Source: Sarea resinae | Lineage: Eukaryota | Reading direction: 5' to 3' | NCBI GenBank assembly: GCA_026026165.1 | Contig: JAPEUD010000008.1 | Span: 1-64,000 of the forward strand | Length of the DNA stretch: 64,000 nucleotides | Shown: positions 1-13,525 of the stretch, piece by piece | Layout: every line of letters starts with the position of its first letter | Position numbering within the stretch: the first letter of the stretch is position 1 | Notes under the pieces: model-generated | Databases searched by the model: none | The model's input: only the letters and a program-made list of their open reading frames with translations | What the model was told of the DNA's origin: nothing | Program-made: the position numbers and the translations under genes

Positions 1-1001
1 ATAAGAGACAGGGGGTGAGAGAGACTCACTTATCAATGACGTGCATCACGCCGTTCGCCAGCAAAATGTCCTGCTGGATGATCTTGGCGCTATTGACATA
101 CAGCGAATTACTGCCGAACCTGACTGTCAGGTTGCCGCCCTGCAGACTCTTCAAGATGGTGCCGTTGGGCAGCGCCGCCGAATAGCCGATCGTGCCGTTG
201 ACGACGTGGTAGCTGAAGAGCTCGGCTAGCTCCTGCACCGTCATATCTTCGAGCCCGCTGCCGATCCCCTCCAAGGCGTCGTTGCTGGGCGCAAAGATAG
301 TCAGGTCTTCGGTCGTGTCGAGGTAATCGTCGAGCTTAGCTTTCGTGGCGAGCCCGCCGGCCGAGGTCAGGTTGAACGTTGGCACCGTGCTGAGGAAGGT
401 CTCGGGCGGGATTAGGAATGTGTCGATGACTTGTATGACGCCGCCTGTATAGAGGATGTCCTTGAGGAGACAAACGCCGTCAGATCCAAAAACGATGTCA
501 AGTAGAGAGGTGGAAGCATACGGCAGTAGATAGACTGGAGCGGTCGCCTTCACCCGAGACGAAGACGACGTCGTCGCCAGCTTGCTTCACGACCGAGACG
601 ACGGCGCCGCCGGTCACGTTGGTGTACGAGGCATTGTTCAGCCAGGTCGGCAGGAACTGAAAGTTGCTGCTGAAAGAAGCCGTGGTATGGGTGCCATTGA
701 TGACATGGTAATCCAAGATGGCTCGGATGACGGCGGTGTCGTTGGTCTCGAAGGCGTCGCGCAGAGCCGAGTAGGGGATCTTGTTGAATGCGTCGTTGCT
801 GGGCGCCAGCAGCGTGATGCCCTCGGTGAAGGAGAGCGTGGCATAGAGGTCGCCGTACTTGTGGATGAGTTCGTTGATGCTGGTGAGGTTCTTGTTGCCG
901 GCGAGGACGTGGGTCAGGTCTGGTACGGGTGCCGGCGACGAGGAGGCGACTGCGACGGCGGCGGCGATCACCAGCGGCGCTAGAAGGGAGAGGATCTGCA
1001 T
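1..1001 (-). CDS. Secreted fasciclin (FAS1) domain protein, two FAS1 repeats; 3' end runs off the window
   Basis: Signal peptide MQILSLLAPLVIAAAVAVA from ATG 1001. FAS1 motifs ITLLAPSNDAF / TIFAPSNDA, YHVING / YHVVNG, GGVIQVID / NGVMHVID. GT-AG intron about 461-520 and another donor at about 29. Confidence 0.9.
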
Positions 1002-2878
1002 CTCTCTCGTAACGAGCGTGTGTGGACCTTGTGTCTCGATCGAAGGGCTCGTTTCTCTCTTTCCTCCTTCAACCAAAACCAAAACCAAAGCAGAAGGCAA
1101 AGGGCAGTCAATGGCGCAGTGGGGAACGGTTGCAGCGACAGCTTCTACGTGCAAGAGACATGCGTGCGAGCTCTTCCGACGGGAACATGTCGGTCACGAT
1201 GGGGACGAGGGAGGGAGCTCGCAGAATTAAGAGCAGTGTTCACGCTGCCCTGTTGCTGCGGCGTGGGCGAGGGCGAGGGCGGCCGAACAGGACCGCCAGC
1301 AGATCCCAATCTATCCATGAGATGCGTTGATGCATGAGTGCGATACGAGACGATTATTGATAAGGTACGGATCCAGAAGGGAGCAGCAGGAGCAGCAGGA
1401 GCAGCAAGAGCAGCGGCAGCTTGCTGGTGCCTGTGTGCTCTTGGAAGGCATTTCAGTCCGGTCTGCAGCAGACGCCCGCAGGTCGTGGCAAGTACAGTAT
1501 ACTATGTAGTCATCCATGTTGTGTCCAGGGGGCAACTCTGGCTGGAGTCGGGCTGGAGCTCTGGTCTGGATGTTCAATCCGTCGATGTTGGCACTCTGCC
1601 TGCACTCTCGGCACTCTCGTACCAGTCAGGACGGCATGCGACATGCATGGCTGCATGGCTGCATGCAGGCGGACAGGTGGCAGGTGGCGTCCGTCTATTC
1701 TCGTATCAATGCTCGTCGGCCCTGATTCTTCCATGCCATGATCCAATAGAGGCATCAACAATTACATAGTACGGAGGAAAGCCAATTCATGGTGCTGGTG
1801 CCCTGGCTGGCTGGCTGGCTGGCTGCTGATGTCGGTCGCACGAGTCCTCCATGGATGTCTCAGCCACGACCATACATAAGGTACTTCCACAGCGCTCCCA
1901 TGAAAATACATCTAATTCTCGAGAAGGAACAAGAGATAGGAGGAGTGCGAATCGAGGGCAATGGAGACGGTATTGATACGAACATGTAGCTCCCGTTCCT
2001 CGCATGAGAAGCGCTGTCGCCATCTGGAAGTCGGCAAAGCACTGAAGACTGAATATCTAAGTGAGAGCCTCGCCGTGGATTGATCTCTCCCGCCTCAGTA
2101 ACACAGCACGTCAAGCCCAGGGCATCCGTCGTGTCTTTGTAGCAGGAAGTGGCGCGATTACGATCATGGAATCACAAGAGAGGAGAGACACAGCGGCTCG
2201 AGGGATGAGCAGAATCACGATGATGCGAAGTGCTTCATCAACAAGGCACTCGTCATCGTCATCGAGAGCATGTTTCCTCGACCGCCTCATGGATTGCAGA
2301 GGTTGCGAAAGGACCGAGGCCGCATCAAGTCGAAGTGATCGGAGGGATCACCCTCAAACGGGGAAGTCCTTTCCCCTTCTGTCGCGGGTGTCAATCAAGT
2401 GACTGCAGTACTGCGCAGGTTGTGTCCTGTGTGCTGTTGCTGTGGAAACCCGATCAACTTGCTTGCTCCCCCTCGCTTAAACACTCTGAGACTGGTGACT
2501 TGTTTACCTTGAGGCCAACCCACTCCAGACCGCATCTCGCACCCACCTCCAGCTCCATCGCCTCAACCACACCGAACGGACTCCTCTTTCAATCGCGTGA
2601 GAACGTGTTCTCGCTGTATTTGCTGCCATTGCTGCCAATCTGTCGCACTCTCTAGACGGATAGAGCCTTTACCGCCGCTTCTCCAATCATCCTACTGGTC
2701 ACATCTTCTCTGCCTTCTCCATTACACGTGTATCCGGATTCGCGCATTGCTGCCTTCCATTCTTCACCACGCCTCCGTTGAGCGCTTTTTTGTCAAACTC
2801 AGCAGGTCAGACCCAAGGCGGACAGAGCTTGGCTATCGAGTGGTGAGAGGACTCGCTTGATCCGCGAGGGAGGCCAAG

Positions 2879-5800
2879 ATGCCCAGTGAAGCGGTAAGAT
2901 GATGCTGAGCCTTGCCCTGAGAGTCGAGAGTGGTCTCCCACGACAAGCGGCACTCTTCTCTGAGACGTTCGTGACTGAGATTCCTGATAGGTACAGCCGC
3001 TTCGGATCCAGAAGCATGCTTCGTCTTCACCCAGTAAATCAGATACGCTTGTGGTCCACCGTCCTCTTTCCGAGTTGAGTCCGATGGAACGACGAAGGAA
3101 TTCACCCAGTTACAACCAACCAACAAAGGTATATTCAGCCGCTTATCTACGTAGTCGACGGAGAGTCTAATCTGAAAGTTACAGAAGATGGTCATCAACG
3201 GAGACTCATCACCCTTTGATTCTTCACCATTTAGCAACTCTCCTCGTCTATTCTGGCAGGGCCGCGACATAGGCTCGCCAACCCGCGTTATGGGTGAGAA
3301 GACCGCCCGAACTCGTGACGGATCTCCTTCTCCGGTCAGACGCTCTTCGATCGAGAACCTCAAGCGCGCGTCGCGCGTCAAGAATAGCAACATGTTTGCT
3401 CGCGAGCAAAAGCAAGATCAAGACCCAGTCGCTTCACCGCGGCTTGACAGACCTCTGGCAAACGGACGCGCTCTCGCGACGCAGCCAAACGGATTCGGCG
3501 GTCGAGGCATCGAAGGAGTGGCTCATGATAGCACAACGGCCATTGATCTCTCACGGACCGATAGTGGCAGCAAGATCCCCATCTACAGCCCGAGCAAGAC
3601 GAAAACCCAAGAAAACGCCACCCCTTCGCATGCTCCGTCTCCAAGCAAAAGCCAAGCCTCGCCGACAAAATCGTCTCTGTCGAATCGTCATCGTTTTTTT
3701 GGAAATGCAGCAAGTTTTGATCCGGAAAGTGGCACGTGGTCCGAAGAGGATACATCCGGTGAGGAGCGCAGACTTCCTCCTGGTCGCTCTTTGCATCGTC
3801 ATGCAAAGAGTGTGACATTCGATGCTGCTCCGCCTCAAGTGAATGAATATGAAATGACGACTCCTGACTTATCTTCAGTCGCCTCAGGATCCAGAGAAGG
3901 CAGCTACGACTCGGGAGAAGGAGAGGAGGATGAGAGCTTTGAACGGAGCTTTTCGATGGACAGAGATGAAAGCTTTGACGCGTCATTGGAAGACACGACC
4001 AAGACTCCTGTAGTGGAACCCGAAGACTGGCGCCACATGAGCCCAGAAACTGCTCGCGACGGAATGAGCTCATTGATGGAAGACCCTTTCCACGACCCCA
4101 TGGATGGAGAAGACGGAAGTCCCATGCCCACAGCCGAGCCCATTGTATTCCACGGCATCAGACCCACAACTCCAAGAACGGACTCGATGAACTCGAACGG
4201 TGAACGTCGACCCCTGCCGCCACTGCCGCCACTACCTGGTTCGACATCGCCTTCCTCACAAGAACGCTCAGCTTCTCCAAGTGCTAACCCGGCTACCGCT
4301 GAGCGGACTGGGGGCGGACAACGAGATCTTCCTTCTCTGCCAACCCCAACTTCGGCACTCAAATCAGAGATCCGGAGCATAGGGGCAAACAGCATGTCTC
4401 TGGACGAGAGGATGCGCCTGATGGCTATCCAAGATCAAGATAACAACCAAACACATGATGAATTGCCACGTGCCCCTTCGGAGGAACTGAGCGAGGAGCG
4501 CCCAGAGTCACCTCATGGTCTCGGAATACAAGTCGAAGATCACGCTGAAGAGCAAGACACCACCTCAAACATGATGGATTATCAACTACCGCCCCGAATA
4601 TCGAGAGAATCGATACTTCGCAAGGTTGAGGGTATCAAGCGTCAAGACAGTCCGGAACATTACGATTTCTCATCGCCACCGAGGTATGACGGCTCTGAGT
4701 ATGATCCAGACGTTCCTCTCCCCTCGCTCGAAGACTCCACCCTGGCCGATCAGTCTGAAATGAGCATCGCGGTGAAGCAGGAAGAAGACGGAGAAGAAAG
4801 CGAGGTAGATCTGTATGCTATTCCTGACATGTACAATGTCCAAGAGCGAGCCGAATCACGTCTTGAAGATTACGAGGAAGACGATTCCATCATTCATCAC
4901 GACCTTCATCGGGAGATCGAGGACGTCGATGACGATGATCGGAGCCATTACTCTGAGCACTCCCCCGAGCTTGAGCAAGAACAACCACAGTCCAGTAGCG
5001 CTACCGAAGATGAGGGACCCGAAACTCCACGTCCGCAGAGCCCTCCTCGTATCGCGGATGAAGTCGATCGGTCAAATTCGAAACGCATGAGTCTTCCGGA
5101 ATTCGCATCACTTCTGGGTGATGATAGCTTCGATCTTGGTCTGCGTTCTTACATGAGTCCCTCGCCGCCGCCAACGAGCCAATGCATGCCCATGGAACCC
5201 GAAAAGCCCCTACCAGAAACGTCAGCAATTTCAGATGCATCGGCACTGGACGGACGCCTTGTGACACCAGAAGAGCAACTTCTTCCACCAAACTTTCCTG
5301 ACCAAGAACCTTTCTCGGAGAGCGAACGTGGCACCCCGGACTCGGTCATCCGACATCTAACCTCTGCGGAGTCGCCCCCGGCCGACTCACCCAGCGTACC
5401 TGAGCCTGTAGCAACTATCAAGGCACCTGGTGGAAGACTAAAAACTCGTCCTTCTGCTACTCCTGCAGACATGGCAGCACTCGCCGCGGCAAGACGACAA
5501 GTGAGTGGAGAGCATCCAGTTCCTCCAATCCCGGAAAAGCACCGGGATCGGACTTCTCTCGCCAACCAATCCGAAGGAGACGAAAACTCCGAAGCACAAG
5601 ACGAGATCGAGGATGAATCTAATGCAGCCAAAATCGAGAGAAAGGCAAGTCAGCGGAGCTTGATGCAGCTAGAGATGCCAGTCTCGGGACTTGCAGAAGA
5701 TTTGAGCTTCGGCCTTGACGAGGAATTCGATCGACTCATCGAAGCACAGAAGGTATGTGACCTTAGTAGAGTATTTTCGTAGTCGAGACAATTATTAATG

Positions 5801-7704
5801 GCTCACCCATCTACAGAGAGGCTATCTCATGAGGCAGAATACGAAGATCATTGTTGCAAGCAGCAACGCCGATGAACAGGTCCCAGCAGTCATTGACCTG
5901 CAGCAAGAGGAAAACTGCAGAGGTACCAAGTCGGCTGGAAATAGCCCAAGAAAGATCAGTCATGACCGCGGACACTCCTGGACAACTGAGCCTTGGAATG
6001 GCCATGCTCGGCGCAAGAGTGTTCGGCAGACTTCAGGAAGCCCTCAAAAGCGACCCGTCTCAGGCCCAGCACCTCCCTTGCCGGGCAAAGAGAGTAACGT
6101 CACTGGCGCGTTGGGAAGCGTTGCGGAAGCGGAAGTGCCAGCCGAAGACCTCAAAGCGGAAGAAGGCGAGGAGAGAGGAAGACTGTTTGTCAAGGTCGTT
6201 GGTGTCAAGGACCTCGACTTACCATTACCAAAGAGTGAGTGATTCTCCATTATAGATGGCTTCAGACGGCTAACGATCATTGCAGCCGAGCGGACTTGGT
6301 TCTGTCTCACTCTGGACAATGGGCTTCATTGTGTGACCACTGCCTGGTTGGAACTGGGCAAAACTGCCCCCATCGGTCAAGAATTTGAGCTTGTTGTCCT
6401 GGATGATCTCGAATTCACGCTTACCCTCCAAACGAAGCTCGAAAAACCTGCAGTCCATGCCGTTGTCGAGTCCTCTCCCGTAAAAGCCGCCAAACCTCAA
6501 AAGACTTCAACGTTCAGCCGTGTATTTGCATCACCGAAGAAGCGGAAGGAGCTAGAGAAAAAGCAGCAAGAGGATGAGCAACGTGTAGCACAGCAAAAGC
6601 AGCACGATGCCCAGGCCAAACGTCGGTCGGTGCAGCCTACAGCGTGGGATCTACTACATGATCTCGTTGCACGCGACGGAAGTTTTGCCAGATCTTACGT
6701 CTGCCTGAAAAACCACGAGAGCAAAGCATTTGGTCGGCCATACAACGTGGACATTCCCTGTTTCAATGAATGGGCGGCTGAGGATGCTTCCATCACAAAT
6801 AGCTCCAAGGGCAAACGCACAGGGACTGGGATTCAACGGAGACCACCATACAAAGTCGGAAAGCTCGAACTCCAACTTCTTTACGTGCCGAAGCCCAAGG
6901 GAGCAAAGGACGATGATATGCCTAAAAGCATGAATGCTTGCATTCGACAGATCAAAGAGGCCGAGGCAAGCGCCAAGAGAACTTGGGAGGGGCACTTGAG
7001 TCAACAAGGAGGCGACTGTCCGGTATGTATTTCGGTGACTTCAATCGGACCAATTTACTGACATGAAGAAAAAGTACTGGCGTCGTCGTTTCTTCAGACT
7101 CTCTGGCTCGAAACTTACGGCCTACCACGAGACAACGCGCCAACCGCGCGCCACTATCAACTTGGCCAAAGCCAGCCGCCTCATCGATGACCGCTCCTCG
7201 CTCATGCAAAACGAAGCGTCGGGCCGATCCAAATCCCGTCGCAAGTCTGCCTTTGCCGAAGAAGAAGAAGGATACATGTTCGTCGAGGAGGGATTTCGGG
7301 TCCGGTTCGGAAACGGCGAGACGATTGATTTCTATGCCGATAGTCGCGAGGAGAAGGATGGATGGATGAAGGTGCTCGCTGATACTGTCGGCAAGGACAC
7401 GGGTGGAGCTGGGAAGTGGACGGATGTCGTACTTGCTCGGGAGAAGGCGGAGAGGGCCAAGGCTGCCGCCGCGGCGACGGCCGCTCATGCTGTGAATGCG
7501 CATGGGCACGCACGGATGACGCATTCGCGGACTCCGTCGGGGACGAACTCCAGCTCGAAGCCGGTGCCGAATACTCCGAACCGCCATAGTCAGATGCTGC
7601 CTCCGTCGTCGATGGGGAGACATGCGCCGCCGCATGGACAAACTCCGGTCCCACCGCCTAACGCTTCGGCTAGGAGAGCCAATGTCAGGTCGATGATTTT
7701 CTAG
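2879..7704 (+). CDS. BUD4: Bud4/Int1 anillin-like septin-associated protein (anillin-homology region plus C-terminal PH domain), multi-exon
   Basis: Exon 1 MPSEA|GTAAG and exon 2 VQPLRIQK... lie upstream of ORF 3188. Conserved motifs KSVTFD, RGYLMRQNTKIIVAS, GRLFVKVVGVKDLDLPLP, WEGHLSQQGGDCP|YWRRRFFRL, FYADS..EKDGW (PH). Confidence 0.92.
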
Positions 7705-8242
7705 ACGACGACGGCATATGTGTGTGCTCTGCTCTTCACTTTTTCTTCGTGTTGGTTTCCGTTCAGGGGGGTCAGTCAGGGTGGTGGGGCGCATTATCAT
7801 CACGTCGTCTACTTTGGAGTCTTGTCAGCCTTGTCGTCCATTGGTATCAGATTGCGTTGTTGGTCCAGTCCGGTCTGGTTCGGGCGGTTGGGGGCGTCTA
7901 TATTGTTTATTTTCTCTTCTCTCGGATCCTCCTCGGTCATATTCTCTTTCTGCGAGCTGGTCCTCTCATCTTCTGTTTGCTTAGATTTACTTTTCGTGGC
8001 TTTGTTCTGTTTGCGTCAGCATACGGCGCGCATTACGCTACACACGTCATGCGTCATGTTCATGCGTCATGCATCATGCATCATGGCTGATGAATGGCTC
8101 TGTGTGTATTTCTCAATGGACTCGGTTGTTCTTGTTTTTGTGGTTTTTTTTAATGGAAACGATGTTGAGAATGAAGATGAACGTGGAAGATGAAAAAAGT
8201 AACGTGAAAAGTAAAGACAGATATAAAAAACAAAAGCATAGC

Positions 8243-9661
8243 CTAGGGCGGTGAAGAGGATGATTGGGATGAGAATGGTGATGGTGATGGCGACGGTGAG
8301 GAGGAGAGAGAGGGAGAGCGGGCTCCTCGTGCCCCTTTTTTACCTCTTCCTCTTCGTCTTCCTCGTCCTCTTGCTGGTCGTGGGTGTGGTCTGGCATTGA
8401 GGTTCAAGCTGGGGCGGTGGTTGTGGTTGGGTTCGGCGGCGTACATGTCAGGGTCGTCTGCGTTGAGGTTGTAGGTGTTGTGCTCGTGGGGGCTGGGATT
8501 AGTGTCGTCGTTGCCGTCATCATCACCACCACCATCATCATCAGCGCCGTCATCAGCGCCGTCATCGTCGTGGGAGTGCAGAGGTGGCATATGCCAGTGC
8601 CTATCTAGGTAAATCCCTTGGTTTCGGTTCTGCTGCGGGTGAGGAGCCCCGTCGTAGTTGTGACTACTGTCTGCTCTTCGCATCGATCCCGGCCAGCCGT
8701 CTTCGTTTTCTCTTCTTTCTTGTACTGTTGGACCTCGTTGCCAGTCACCGTCCCTCTCTCCTGGGCCTCGGTCTGGACGACCCCGACCTTCTGCTCCTCC
8801 TGGTGGACCGCCCGGCCCACGTCCACGTGCACCCCTAGCACCAAGCCAATCATCCTCTCCGCCCACATCTCTGCCTCTGCCTCTGCGACCATACGGCCCA
8901 GCATCGACATCAGCAGCCGCGATGCGCCGGACGAGCTGATCGACGCCCGAGAGGGCCGTCTCGACCTCACTGACTCGACGGCCAAGCCTCTCGACGGCAT
9001 CGCGGCGTGTCTTGTGCGTCTTCATCGGTGCGGCGTTCCGCGCCCACGGCCTGACCTCCTCTGCGCCTGTTCTCGCGCCGCCCTTCTTCCTCGCCCATAT
9101 TCTCTGCCTCTCTGAGCTCCTCTGCGGCGCTTTTGCCTCTGAGCTCCTCTGCGTCCCGGAACTTCTCTTTCGAGCAGATAGTCCTGCGCGTTGGACAATG
9201 GGTCCAGTAACCCTCGTTCCCTCCTTGAACTCTCCCCTCCCCCCGCCCTCTCCTCCTCTTCCTTTCGCGCCCGACATGTCCCGGCCTGGAATCTCATCCC
9301 GACGCCGACGCCGACTGCCATGACGGCGACCACGATCGCGCCAATCCACATCCCCCTCGTCAGTCCCGCGGCCGTGACTGCCACTCCTCGGTCGACGCCC
9401 AGAAGAACGGTGATGATGGTGACGATGGTGGGAGTGGTGTTTTTGGGACACGTAGTATTTGAACGGCACGTCTGTGTAGAGCACCTCGAGAGTGTGGTGC
9501 GGGTGTTGTTGGTGGGCTGTTGCTGCCGAGTATGGTGCCTGCGTGGGCGAAGACGCCGCGAAGAATCTTGCTCGTTGTTGTTGTTGTCGTGGTGGAGGTG
9601 GTGAAGAGGTCGGCTTGAGTAGGTAATATTTTCTTTCCTCGCTGCTGCACGGAATGCCCAT
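8243..9661 (-). CDS. Hypothetical low-complexity His/Arg/Gly-rich protein, about 472 aa
   Basis: Uninterrupted ORF (track 8243..9922 begins at a GTG). ATG 9661 gives MGIPCSS. No recognisable domain; a short predicted coiled coil VERLGRRVSEVETALSGVDQLVRRIA. Confidence 0.45.
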   Translation of the reverse strand: MGIPCSSEERKYYLLKPTSSPPPPRQQQQRARFFAASSPTQAPYSAATAHQQHPHHTLEVLYTDVPFKYYVSQKHHSHHRHHHHRSSGRRPRSGSHGRGTDEGDVDWRDRGRRHGSRRRRRDEIPGRDMSGAKGRGGEGGGRGEFKEGTRVTGPIVQRAGLSARKRSSGTQRSSEAKAPQRSSERQRIWARKKGGARTGAEEVRPWARNAAPMKTHKTRRDAVERLGRRVSEVETALSGVDQLVRRIAAADVDAGPYGRRGRGRDVGGEDDWLGARGARGRGPGGPPGGAEGRGRPDRGPGERDGDWQRGPTVQERRENEDGWPGSMRRADSSHNYDGAPHPQQNRNQGIYLDRHWHMPPLHSHDDDGADDGADDDGGGDDDGNDDTNPSPHEHNTYNLNADDPDMYAAEPNHNHRPSLNLNARPHPRPARGRGRRRGRGKKGARGARSPSLSSSPSPSPSPFSSQSSSSPP

Positions 9662-11114
9662 TCCCCCTCTCCTCTGAACTTGGGCAGAGTCAGTTGATCT
9701 CCTCGCTATCTTTCTGTTCTGCTGTCTGTCTTTCTGCTGAACTCCGTATCTCGGAGCTTTATGCACAGAATCGCAGAAGCATCTCAGGACACGGTTCCGG
9801 TCTCCCATATTTATACCCTCTTGTTTACCACATGCCCTGTTTGCCACTCTCAAATACCCTGACCATGACACTCGTGCCTGTATACTATACCACATCACGG
9901 TCCAGCCCAGCACCCCACCCACCTAGACAAATTATAGCAACTGGAAACAGGCATCGTGTCAGTATTCTGGACCAACCAATCACAATCATAACGAGTCTAG
10001 CAGATTGATTGCTAGCGAGAGCATGTCGGCGAGGATTTGGGCCTTGCAAAATGCCACCATGGGCCTCGAACGGTTCAAAGTTTGGCAAACCCGATGCACG
10101 TGGAACCTCCTCTTTTTTCTTCGGCGGTGCTGTAGAGGGCGTAGATATATGGAATTGTATCGATTGATGGTGTGTATATGTGTATGTGTATATGGGAAGT
10201 GGGTGACTGGATGGATGGATGGACAGACCGATGTAATTTTGTTTGCTCGTCATGGTTTGCCCCCATCCACAGCCTCTCCACAGTCCCATCTCGTCTGACC
10301 AGAGGTGCATCACGCGTCCTTGAGACGCTTATTTCCTTCTCCTTTCGCCTTCCCCGACTCAAAAGGCACACAAGGCACAAGATAATGAAAGACAAACAAA
10401 ACGTTCAACAGGTGTTCGACACGAATATCCAAAAAGATAGGCAGATCGCTGTGAAACAGAAAAACGAACACTGCCGAGAAGGAGAGAGAAGAAGTATCAT
10501 TCAAATTCGAGCCAAGTAACTTGCGACAGGAGCGAGCAGAGATGATGGCGTCTTGCCGTTTTGTTAGAATTATCTCGAGGCTACAATAGATGTGGATGGG
10601 GGGGGGGCGATAATAAGAATAGTCAGGAGTACGAGAAGCGGCAAAAGCGTGATCGATACCAATCAGCTTGACGAACATGCAAGGCAGAACGGGACGTACA
10701 GGCACCCAGACAGACACACGTATCTATGTGGATCCGTCCGACCTGAGAAGATTCAATGGGTATCCGGATGGACGTCTCTTACCTCCCATAGAATTTCTCC
10801 ACATCAGGAATATACTCCGGAGTATACTATCCGCCATACGCCGGATTGACTCCGGGTAGATGTCTTGGGTGATTAGAAATTCTGAAATCTATTTGCTAGC
10901 TAGCTAGAGGTGGTCGGCACCTGACTCCCTGGCCATCTCATCCTGGCCAACACCGCGAACGCCGCCGCGCCTGGTGGTGAAGCAAGTACATGCTGAATAA
11001 CGAAAACGCCGAGGAGCTTCGGTTAAAGTAAATTGAGCCTGTTTAAAGCAGAGAGTACTGGACCTGAATGAGACGAGTTAATCCAGACTGGATCACTCAT
11101 GGATAGAGTCCCGC

Positions 11115-12949
11115 CTACTTGACGCTAGAACGAGGTCTGCCTCTCCGCCGCTTACCCACCGGTGCTCCATCTGCACTCCCGTCTCGCGCCCCGAGGCTTC
11201 CCCCCCTTGTCTTGTCCTCACGCTTCACAAACCGATGCACAGTCCTATGGTCCAGTACCCTATCTTCTGTATCACCTCTCCCGTCCCTATCCGTCTTTGG
11301 CCACTGGTATCCATAGAGCTTACTATGTCTCTCGCACCGAGGGCAGGCGGCGCGAGGACCCTCCCAGGCATCATATTGGATGAAGAAGGAGTCGCAGATC
11401 GTACAGCTTGTCCAGCGGGTGGAAGCATCGGGGGTGAGGAGAGGCGTGAGGTGATAGTCCCCTGGTATGCGATTGATGGTTGGGTCCGGAGCTGACGAGG
11501 CAGCGAGTGAGCTTTTTCGAGAGGATCTCGTGCGACGAGATTTTGAGGGAGCTTGTGCGATAAGGGGTATGCTGTTATTGGGAACCACTTCCTGAGGCGA
11601 TGGCTCGGAGGTCTGCGAGTCTGGAGGCGTTGGCTGTGCTGAAAATTCAGTGTGAATCATTTCCTCGATATGACCGTTGTCATTGCTGCCGGTCGGCTGG
11701 CTTTGTAGATGTAGTGAGACCTCTTCCGACATCGAGATCGCAGTTGAGAACGAAGGAGATTGAGAATGGCTGGCGTTCGGAGACGAAATCCCAGAACCTC
11801 GAGGCGGAGAGTCGGGGCCAGGCGTCAATAATGATCCGCCAAGGTCCGAAGGGTTTGTCTCGGGAAGATCGTCCGCATGCAAAGATTTGATGGTATCATT
11901 AGTTTCGATGCTGCTGGAGAGCAGACTCGTGGATTTCCGAAGGCCGACTTTGCGTCTCTTGGATGGCAGAATCGGCTCGATGTCTGGAGTCATAGAAGGC
12001 GTCATTGTTTCTCGGTCTGATCGAGTCTTTCTCTTCCTTCGCAATGAGTAAGGGCTGCCCGATTCCACGTTCTCTGATAGCAGGCTATCGGCTGCTATAG
12101 CTGGAACACCATGATCGCTTCCAGAAGCCCATCCGTTTCTCCTGAGCCCCTCGCATGTGCCACAAAGACATTCGCAATTGTCGACTCCAAAGTAGTTATC
12201 TCCGTAACTGACCGTGATCTCTTGTCCCTCGGATATTTCGCGAACAGCAACAACCTCCATTCCCCGGGGTCCAGCCGTATTGAGTTTGGCGTTAGGCTCG
12301 CAGTCATGGTTCGCAAAACGAGCAGGCCCAAGGAACAGCGAAGGCGTCTTTTTGCGACTCGACATGACGATACTAAAATCACTCCTCCTAAGATCTAGGT
12401 CCTTTTCTTCCTCTAGTGTCATTGACACCTGGATACCACAAAGATATTTGACGACATCGCCTCTCTTGATCTTCCTTCGAGCTACCACCGAAGCTTCGTA
12501 GTTGGAGATCGTATACCGATTGGTGGTGCAGACCTCGAATGGGCAGTCAGGGAGGTAGATGTTAATATATTTTCGTAAATGACGTCGAAACTCCTCCCTC
12601 TCCCGGACTGTCTTTAATCTATCGACGAACCGCTTTACTCCACCGAGCTTGAGTATTTCCGTCTCGGCTTTGGCCGGGTCCTTCTCAACTATGGCATGTT
12701 GGCGAAGGATTGATGTGAGCTCCTCTTCGCGAATGCCCCTCGATGGAAAGTATTTGCTGCGATTCTTCCGAATTGTCGTCCAGTAATATACCTGTAGCAG
12801 CGTTAGCATTGAAAGACGCGCCAGCCATCCCATATGAGGCATTTCAAGGCGCATACATGATCCACCAGAGCATCGGTCAAGAGGTCGTCGTAGCTAGCCA
12901 ATTGACTGAGAGTAAGGCGTTCGCCCTTCCCAGTCGTCTTTGAGCCCAT
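11115..12949 (-). CDS. SET9: Histone H4K20 methyltransferase Set9 (SET domain)
   Basis: Exon 1 MGSK..LTLSQLASYDDLLTDALVDH|GTATGC, then VYYWTTIRKN. SET motifs LFLGPARFANHDCEPN, EITVSYG..YFG..NCECLC..CE. C-terminal CPRCERHSKLYGYQWPKT. Confidence 0.95.
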
Positions 12950-13525
12950 CCTGTCGACTCAATGGTACCCTCATGCGCGCGAACACGATGCTTTTATGAT
13001 GGCTTTCTAAAGGAAGGTAGGAAGTTTTTAGATGAGCAGCTGGAGCTACCGATAGATTCGTTTGGAGGTGTTATTACGAGCTTGCGCTCATTCACTCATG
13101 GGCGCGTGAAGGTGTATGATGAATTAAAAGAGCGATTGATTATCCATCTCACTTCAAAAGAGTGTGCAGCATTTTTCCAAGGTCAATGTTGGGCTCTGTG
13201 ATCTAGTCGCAAAATAAGGAGAGTAAGGTAGGTCGAATGAGGTATGTAAAGGTATGTGAACGAGGTATGGGAGGGCTGGGACGGCCGCTTGGTGTTGCAT
13301 GACATCCATGGATGCACCGCATTCACTATTGGCGGCGCGCGCCTATCCATCCATGGATATCTACGTAGTACATGGTACGGCAGCCGAGGAAACTTCCGGC
13401 GTTGCATCCACCCGCGCCAAGCTTCGGTCTTCCATCGCATCTACAAAAAGTACAGAGAGACAAAGGTCTTGAATATCATCAATCCGGCGTCGGTCACCCA
13501 GCTTTCCCCTGTGACTGATCTCAAG

